From the NCBI RefSeq assembly GCF_021869535.1, contig NW_026262615.1, forward strand, positions 11,718,001 through 11,782,000: a DNA stretch of 64,000 nt, given 5' to 3'. Every line of letters begins with the position of its first letter. The first letter of the stretch is position 1. This document shows, one piece after another, positions 39,601 through 48,600 of the stretch. The position numbers were made by a program, and so were the translations under genes. The notes under the pieces are model-generated. The model made no database searches. It saw only the letters and a program-made list of their open reading frames with translations, and had not been told where the DNA came from. This stretch comes from Mytilus californianus. Lineage: Eukaryota.

Positions 39601-42600
39601 TCAAAAATATTTTGGTTATCAAATTAAATTTCCTCAATTTTGGAATAACATGTGATGACGTCATTATTCTACTTTTATGCATCATATAGCATTTTGAAAT
39701 TAAACAAAAAACATAAATCTACTCTTTCAATTTGAATCGTCAGAACTTTAGATAAAATATCCTTGATATTTAGGTACATGTATCAGCCCACTAAGCCAAT
39801 CTCGGAATTAAGTATTTTCTGCACTTTTCATAGTTTATTACATACATATATTTATAAATGTATAAATAACCTGCCACACCAAGTCTGTGTGTTCATTACT
39901 TGTTTTTCTGCTTTTTATTGATCTGATGAGTTATAATTAAACCCTTGTCAACTGATTTTTATATTTTGTTCATATATTGCTCTGTTACAACACTGTCCCA
40001 GGTTGGGCACCTGCATAATTTAACCTCTCCATATTCTGTATGTGCTTGTTCCAAGTCAGGTGCCTGTAATTTAGTGATTGAAGTTTAATGCTGTGTAACA
40101 TATTTGTTTTTTCATTCATTGTTAAGTACTAAAATTGTTGTTAGTTTTTTGTTTGAATTGTTTTACAATTATCATTTGGGGCATTTTATAGCTGACTATG
40201 TGGTATGGGTTTTGCTCATTGTTAAAGGTTGGACGGTGACCTAAAGCTGTTAACTCATATGTATTTGGTCTCTGTTGGAAAGTGGTCTTATTGGCAATCA
40301 TACCACATCTTCTTATTTTTATATGTAGTACAATTTTTTATATTGACCAAACTATATCATTATCGTAATTGAAAGAACATGTGTTTACCTGCAGCTAATT
40401 TTGTATTGACATCAAATGTACCAACTCCTTTTCTACTTCTATTTGCATGATGTGTCTTCCCTAATCTTATTCGGGCAATATCTCCACATTCTGTACATTA
40501 TATATACAAAATACCAGCAACACCATAAGGTTTAACTCCCAACTAATTATGTAATTGTAAAGGGACTTCACATTTGGAACATTGTTTCAACTGCTGAACA
40601 ATATAGTCTAGTTCGACAACATATCTACAGTGGTTTAAGGGAAGTAAATCAGTAGGTAATGGTAATAAGTCAAAATCAACATTTATATTATATTCATCAT
40701 CAACCACTACTTCATGATCTTGTTTATCAGGTACAGACTCAAAAGCAACATTACACAAATCAGATGTTTCAATGGTTTTCAGTTGGGCATATGAGTGGTC
40801 AGGTTCTAAGTTTTGACAATGGACTGAGTCAAATGATGGTATATCGTGGTGGTCAGGTTCTAAGTTTTGACAATGGACTGAGTCAAATAATGGTATATCG
40901 TGGTGGTCAGGTTCTAAGTTTTGACAATGGACTGAGTTAAATGATGGTATATTGTGGTGGTCTGATTGCAATCCACTCCTGTGAAAAACTAGCCCTTGGA
41001 TTCGTTGGTTTTTTTTTCTAAATTCTTCTTTTTGAAAATTTTCCTTGTTTGTTCCTTTGAGACATTGTTCAGCAGACGATACAATATCTTACGATTGTTG
41101 TGATTTTATAAACTTTTTCATCATTCAAGGATTTGCAATATTTCAATTCTGAACGTACTTTTTAGATACTCACCACGATATCTCTTTCTTTGGGTGGATC
41201 TACGTGTTGAAAATTAGTAAGACAGCTTAAAAATATACCGAAATGAATACAAATTATAACAAAAATTGATAGTCATTCTAGTATAAATATAAAAGCTGGT
41301 TACTTGTCAAAATATTGAAAGCAAGTTTCTTCCGAGATTCCAAAATGGCCAATCTCGATGTCAACAAACCGTAAAAAGGTCGACTTTGTAGTTTTAAATA
41401 CCGTCCTTAATTTAATTTCTGTGAATTATGAATCGAGAAAGCACTAACTTAGAACAAAAATGGCTAGTGTTTCTATATTGTTTTTAATCGAGAAGAAAGT
41501 AAATATTTTGCGACCTTCGACCGATTACCGTAATGGCTGCGCACCAATCGACGCAACGGGCGCGAAAATTTAAACCCGCGAGCCCCCTTAATCTTATTAA
41601 AAGGTTATATTAAATTATTGCAAATCATGTTCCTATCCTATATTAAGGGGTTTTAATATACTTTTGTGCCAATAGCTCAGCAGGTTTATCACAATTATAA
41701 ACTTATTGAATACAAGGAGATCAAATTGGTATTCTTTGGTAAGTTTAGTATCAGTGTTTTGATTTAACATGTTCTTACACAATCAAGATATTTGATTTTC
41801 TTCCAGATTTTTAAGGCATAACAAGTTAGTAACTTTACCAGAAGATTTGTTTCTGTTCAACATGAATCCTATATAATTTTAAGTGTAATTGATATTTATA
41901 TCAGACCTAAACTTATTTAATAGTGTGTGGAATTCTTAACCTCGTTCATATGTTTTCTAACAACACAAAAATTAAAACATTGTATGTATGAATTGTGATC
42001 ATCTTAGGACTTAATTGTGTTATAGATTATATTGTATATTTAATCACGTACACATATCTGATTTTCTTCAAAATACTTGTGTGTTGAGAACTCAGCAGTT
42101 TTGCCATCATTCTTTTTTAATTAAGTTCATTTTTTATGTTAAATTTTAAAGCAATACAAACTTTATCTATCATATCAGGTGGACGACAAATATATTTGAT
42201 CGATTGAATAACTTAAGATCAACCTTTAAAATGTATGGTAATGTAAATTTAAGAAGATAAATTAAGCATTTTCATGATCATTGATTTTCTATTAATTATT
42301 TAATGAGTAACAAGTTAGAAAGTTTACCAGAAGGTCATTTAACATTGAACATGTTGAACACCAATCTTCAATATGTCAGACTTCCTTTTTATATGCTAAT
42401 TTAACTTTTAATGTTTATTCAATATTTCAAAATTAATCTTAGAATTCCTTTTGGTAATTTGAATATAATTGTCTTGATTGAATATGTTCTTACATAATTA
42501 AGATGCTTGATTATACTCCAAAATTGTAACCAAAGACAACAAGGAAAGTTTACCAGATAGTCTGTTATTATCAAACACCAAGTTACAGGAATTGTAATTG

Positions 42601-45600
42601 TGAATAATGTTTATAACAGACTTTATTTTATGAAAGATTGTGTTGTTTATATAATCACGTACATATATAACTGATATTCCTCAATATACTTGTCTGTTGA
42701 CAACTCAGAAGGTCTAACTTAATTTCATTTTATTGGCAAACTTCCTTTGTGCATACTTAATGTTACTTTCAATGTCACTCATTGATTGCAGTTGAAGCTT
42801 ATAAAAATGCATCAACAATGTCAGTTTGAAGAAAAATATATTTCATCTTTTCAATACACTGAGATCGAATTTGGTAATCTCTGGTAAATTCGGTATCGGT
42901 GTTTTAATTTAACATGTTCTTACAAAATCAAGATATTTGACTTCCTTTCAGATATTTATACGAAAACAAGTTAGTAACTTTACCTGAAGGTCTGTTTTCT
43001 AGCAACACAATCTTCTATCAGACCTAAACTTATTTAATAGTGTGTGGAATTTTTAACCTCGTTCATATGTTTTCTAACAACACAAAAATTAAAACATTGT
43101 ATGTATGAATTGTGATCATCTTAGGACTTAATTGTGTTATAGATTATATTGTATATTTAATCACGTACACATATCTGATTTTCTTCAAAATACTTGTGTG
43201 TTGAGAACTCAGCAGTTTTGCCATCATTCTTTTTTAATTAAGTTCATTTTGTATGTTGAATGTTAAGGCAATACAAATTTTATCTATCATAGCAGGTGGA
43301 CGACAAATATATTTGATCGATTGAATAACTTACGATCAACCTTTAAAATGTATGGTAATGTAAATATAAGAAGATAAATTAAGCATTTTCATGATCATTG
43401 ATTTTCTTTTAATTATTTAATGAGTAACAAGTTAGAAAGTTTACCAGAAGGTCATTTAACATTGAACATGTTGAACACCAATCTTCAATATGTCAGACTT
43501 ACACTTATTATCAAAATATTATATTGGATTATTTTTTATGATGTTCCTATATGAAGGGGTTTAAATAATGTTTACGCACAATTCATTTGTACTTCTTTAT
43601 TTAACTTTTAATGTCGTTCAATAATCAAATATTGCTGTTCAAGCAATATCAGTTCTAAGAAAAATATATTTATCTTTTGAATACACGGAGAACGGCATTT
43701 GGAATTTTTGGTAATTTTAGCAACAGTGTCCTAATTCAGATTTAATTCATGACTATTGATTTTCTTATAGAACTTTTCAGGGTAACTTCTTAATAAATGT
43801 ACCAGAAGGTCTGTTCTCGAAAACAGAATTATAATTATAATAATTTGTGTTGTAAGCATTTGTTTTGTATAACAGTTGTTCCTCTTACGTAATAAAATGC
43901 CTTGCTTAATGTTTAATTAAAAGCTCTATCTTTTTTGATTTGATGATTTATATCTCTTTTTGCACATATCTGTAGAAACAACATGATACTTTGTCGTTGT
44001 TTCTATAATTCCATGTTGTTGCCGTATCTTATATATATTTCTTCCCCTCGAGATTTCAAATTGTTTCGCAATAGTGTGAAAAAGCAGAAGTCACATGGAT
44101 ATGTACATGACATAGAAATTAACCTTACATTAATTTAATATTTAAGGGATATGAGGAGAAACCAATTCATATGCTGCCTCATGATTAATTTTAAAGAATG
44201 GGCAAATCAAACAAACCTTTATTACCAAGGAACATGTACGGGTTTGAATACCACCATAGATATTCGCAATTTTAACATGACAGGCTGCATAATTCCAGGT
44301 AAGCAGTTAAAAACTTAATAAATGATGAAATTTACTCATATTTTATGTATATGCAATCTATTCATTTCCAATTTGACCTCTGTAGCAACTATCTGAAATA
44401 AAAATAAATATCTTAGACATGCTTCTATTTCTTTTTTCAGATTTGTTGTGAAAGTGCCTGAACATTTAACATTCTCGATACATACCTCATGTCCATTTTT
44501 TATTCCATGTCTGTATGTCATTAATTTTGTAAATTTGCTTGCTAAATTGGTTTTAGTTTTTTTTATTAAGTCACACTTGTGATGGTGAGAAAAACAGTAA
44601 GACACTAAGTTGGAGTTTTGACTAGAGCCTCATTCTCTTTACCGACAATTTTAATTGACCAAATTAAGTAACTTTTGACTTACATTTTTTAGCAGACACA
44701 ATCTTAAACAACTGAATAACACAGTTTGTTTTTTTCTATATAGTATACCTTACATGTTTGATATATAGGAAAGATAGGATTAGTTTTTTATACCTATAAG
44801 GTTACATTTACACTACATGAAATTAATGAAAATTGGATAACTACTGCTGATCATAATAAAAAGGTCAATTCCGGTAAATTCAAGTTATTCAAATTGGCGC
44901 TAACTGTCGATTTTGATTGATACCATGCAAAAACCTATTTCCAACTTACAAAACTTCATGTGGTGTGACTGTAGTCTGACTTTGAATGCTAGAAAAGAAA
45001 AGGTTAAACAAGGGAAGAAGCTTAAGACCAATATCATTCACAAATGAACTTAATAACTCCTAACAAGTTAAAGGTAAAATTATGAGTATGATGCATGCAT
45101 GAGTATTTAAATGAGGTCAAATGATTGTTTTGTGGGATTAACTTATGCAAAATTGAGGTTTTCAATTTATGATGACAAAATTAAACCAAACTGACTGCTA
45201 ATAGTGAAAAATTGTTCAATATTTTTGCAACAGTATAAGATTGATAACTTGTTGTTTTCATCTTTTTTAAATGAAGGATGGAGCCTTTGGTTCAACTCCT
45301 CATGTTCTGTTACTTGTGGAGATGGTGTGATAGTGAAAACCAGAACATGTGACAATCCCCCACCGTCTGACGATGGACTGAAATGTGTTGGTTCCAGAAC
45401 TGAAACATCACTTTGCAACTTAGGAAAATGTCCAGGTAAATTCTTTAAATACATCAGATTAAAATCAACATTACCTTATAATTTAATTGTTAACCAGAGC
45501 GGAATACTTCTTTTTAGAACTTATTTAAACCTGTTAAATCTATCATTATATTCTGTGAAGTCAGAATAAAAAAAAAACATTGAAGATGTAAGGCTTTTTC

Positions 45601-48600
45601 GCCATACGCGTGTTTCTTCTACGTGAGACTCATCTGTAGCGTTTGAATGAAATCAGTTTTGAGCTAAGATCAAATACATGGTAAAGGGAATAAAAAAGTC
45701 AAGTACCAAATATGGTTAAGGCAATCAAAAAACCTTAGTGTTTCCAAATATTTCAACATTTCAAAAACAATAAACAGTCAGGGCAATACTATTTCTTTAA
45801 ATCAATAATTCAAGTAACATTTCCTCCAGAAATGCTGCAAGTAAGAGTAGTCTTTCTTTAACAATCACCTATTTAAATAGTACATTTAAATCACTAGGCT
45901 AAGTAGCTTTACATATATAATATTCATGATCCTGGAATTAATTATGATGTTAAATTTATCAAAAACAACATCTGTGTTGATAGGATGATCTGTCATGTCA
46001 GATGATGACCCTGTACTGAAAATGGGATAATGACATGAAAATCACTCATATCATACCTGTGTTTTCTTAACTGTCCCCTGCCCCACTCACACACACACAC
46101 ACACACACACACACGGTATTTTCAACATCCCTGAACAGTTAATTTTGTATAGCGAACAGTAAAATTTTATTACATTATCTAAAAACCGAAACCTTGAATT
46201 TTACAGAAAAATACGCCAACTCATGGGAAAAATCTGTTTGGAAAGTATAAGATCATTATGTAAAGCCTTCATTGTAGCATTATTTTCAACAATTTTAGAA
46301 TTTACAGAAGAATGATTGCATAGAAGGCATAAACAATGCTACCTAACAGTATTTTTTATTCATTTTTTCAAATAATTAGATATAATCTCAACCTGTGTGT
46401 TTTTGGCAAATCACTTATTTCATTAAATCCCCTGAATCATGAATTGACAGAAAATGAACAAATTATTTATATATCATGTCAACATGAAAGTGCTGATAAC
46501 TGGCGTGGTGATACCCTTTGGTCATCGACCCGGTGGTAAACATCTTTATTTCAAAGCTGAAGCTGATTTTTGCTAACATGATAAATTGATACTGTTATTC
46601 TGAAAAGTATTTATAAATCTATTTTCCCAAACAAAAAACAAAAATAAACCAAAAAAGCTACAGGGTAAGATACACTCAGTCTTCCTTACTAGACAGGTAT
46701 CCATACAACATTTCACGCTTGCATTTATCATTCTAAGTTTGTTTAAGTTGTTAATAGATTTAATAGAATAATTCAAGGATATGCCATTACTATCCAAATA
46801 AGAAAAAAGTTTAATGTGACATTAGGTGTTTGTTGCTATTCTGTGGTTTGCATGTTGAAATGTACTATTAAATTATTTATTTACGTATTTCTCTGTCCTG
46901 AATGTTCTTGCATTTATTCGTATTGTGTTTCTGTAACGTAATGTTGTCATTTTAGCGGTATGTTTAACATTGCAATATACGCGGGAGGTTTGGCTAGCAA
47001 TAAAACCAGGTTCAACCCACAATTTTTTCTTAAAATGTCCTGTACCAAGTCAGGAATATGACAGTTGTTATCACATAGTCCGTTTCTATGTATGTTGGCG
47101 TTTGTTTTTGTAGCAGTCCAGTGTTTCTGTTGTTCCGTTTTGTTTCCTCTTATAGTTGATGTGTTTCCCTCAGTTTTGGTTTGTGACTCGGATTTGTTTC
47201 AGTTATTAAATAGATTGATGACTATTGAACAGCGGTATACTACTATTGCCTTTATTTATAAAACAATTACTGATAGTCAAGATGGGTCTATAAAAGTCTC
47301 ACTGTATTTAGCGAAATCTTGAGTCAATGAGGTTGTATATTGTTCATATCTTTTTACAGAATCATGCCGTCACTCAAACAAAGGATCCAACAACAAATCA
47401 GTAGACAATTTGGACAATAAATCAGGTAGATTTCCCCCATAATCTTTTCATTCATTATGACAACCAGAAGTTATGGTCGACATTAATACAATGTTAGCAT
47501 TGGCTACGGTTACCCGCAAAAAGTAACAATAAGAAATAATTATTGTTACTATTGATACTGCTTGCCGAGATATTTTACCAAGTGGGACCCGATTTCATAC
47601 GGAAATTGCAGGTAACAATAATATGATGTGTTATTGTTACCTGCAGTAATTATTACCCGCAAAATATATTCAGGTAGGCACTGGTCTAAAAAAAATGTTT
47701 GATTTGCGGACAATCTAGGAAATAAATTTAAACAATTAAATTATGATGTAACATTAAAAATGATTAAACTTCCAGATAAATTGACCAATATGACGTTTAT
47801 TATTGCCATAGGGTGGTCGATTAAAGCAGTTCACTATTCGTTACTCGAATGAGCAAACTGTCCAATTTGTGGTCAGTGAAAAGTTTATATCTTTTAAAAA
47901 TTTTAATGATAAACTTCAACAATTGCAAGATGCAAATTCTGTTCAATTATATAGAAGAAGTTGTGATCATAACCCCAGAGGAACAATTTCTTTCATTTTA
48001 GAAATTTCGTACGAAATTGCTCGACGAAAACATTAATCTCAATAGAATCATAGAATATTTTTCTAATGAGTCATGGAAAATGCAAAAAAAAAACCCAGAT
48101 ATAGCAGAGGAAGAACACAGCAGAGTGGAATTGTTTAGTGTGTGGTATTCACTTCCATATATATAAATCTATTGTTTGCAACAGGTATCAGGGTACCACC
48201 TAAGATGTGTTGGCCTCAAAGTGTCAACCTAAGGCTATATACTGGATGTGCCAGAAGAGCCACCAAAATAAATAGCTATAATACTTCTTATTATGTATAA
48301 ATGTATAAATGTTGCTGTGTTCATTAAATAATTTCTATTCAATTTTTTGTTTCAAATATGTTAACCAAAGAATACGGGGCAATGACAGGAAGACGTACAA
48401 AGTATCCAGATGCTACACAAAAAAAATGTAATTTGCAAATGTAAAATTTTGTGAGTAACTATAACTGCCGGTAACAATAAAAAAATATTTTATTGTTACC
48501 TGCAGATTCCGTATGAAATTGGATTCCTCTCCAGAAATAAATTTCAGGAATTAGTCTCAGAAGTAAAAATAACCATTTTTTATTGTTACTTTTCGCGGGT

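Larger units (their letters stand above)
30764..41065 (-). pseudogene. Decayed spliced DDE transposase fused to a DEDDh exonuclease; complement(join(40389..41065,38919..39110,37199..37285,34240..35039,33373..33571,32941..33060,30764..31545))
   Basis: Motifs in order: CxxC..CxxC and FDVNTKLAAGMIHTGIG; STDTCWQKKGSGRAYNSLSG; CRIC..HNC..NWSGTAKGMEPD; AGDDDS; SDRNH; SSQANESFNH..KNKHYSGS..RV; EGRTYES; VFDLETTSL; GHNIKRFD; AHNAVDD. GT-AG introns are phase-compatible. At least 3 frameshifts and 4 premature stops (40543, ~40500, 31175, 31046). Confidence 0.85.
27644..41587 (-). mobile_element. 13,944-bp cut-and-paste DNA transposon with TTAA target-site duplication, Kolobok-like
   Basis: TTAA at 27640-27643 and 41588-41591; the empty site (cagacTTAAtcttattaaaagg) is present in sister array units; imperfect 23-bp TIRs starting GG; internal DDE transposase gene. 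Confidence 0.9.
41588..43500 (+). repeat. Continuation of the LRR exon+intron array after the transposon
   Basis: Sequence resumes TTAA-tcttattaaaaggttatattaaatt exactly where it broke off at 27643. Confidence 0.95.

Noticed and set aside
27644-41587. piggyBac or Mutator assignment of the large transposon
   Set aside because: piggyBac shares TTAA but normally has CC-starting termini and different transposase motifs. Mutator makes 9-11 bp TSDs, not TTAA, even though the protein resembles the so-called Mutator-like family.
48185-48300. Terminal exon GIRVPPKMCWPQ...* for the LRR gene
   Set aside because: It lies inside a TIR-bounded element and overlaps a decayed PHD-finger remnant in another frame; 49420-49487 was preferred. 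It is kept only as a possible exonisation.
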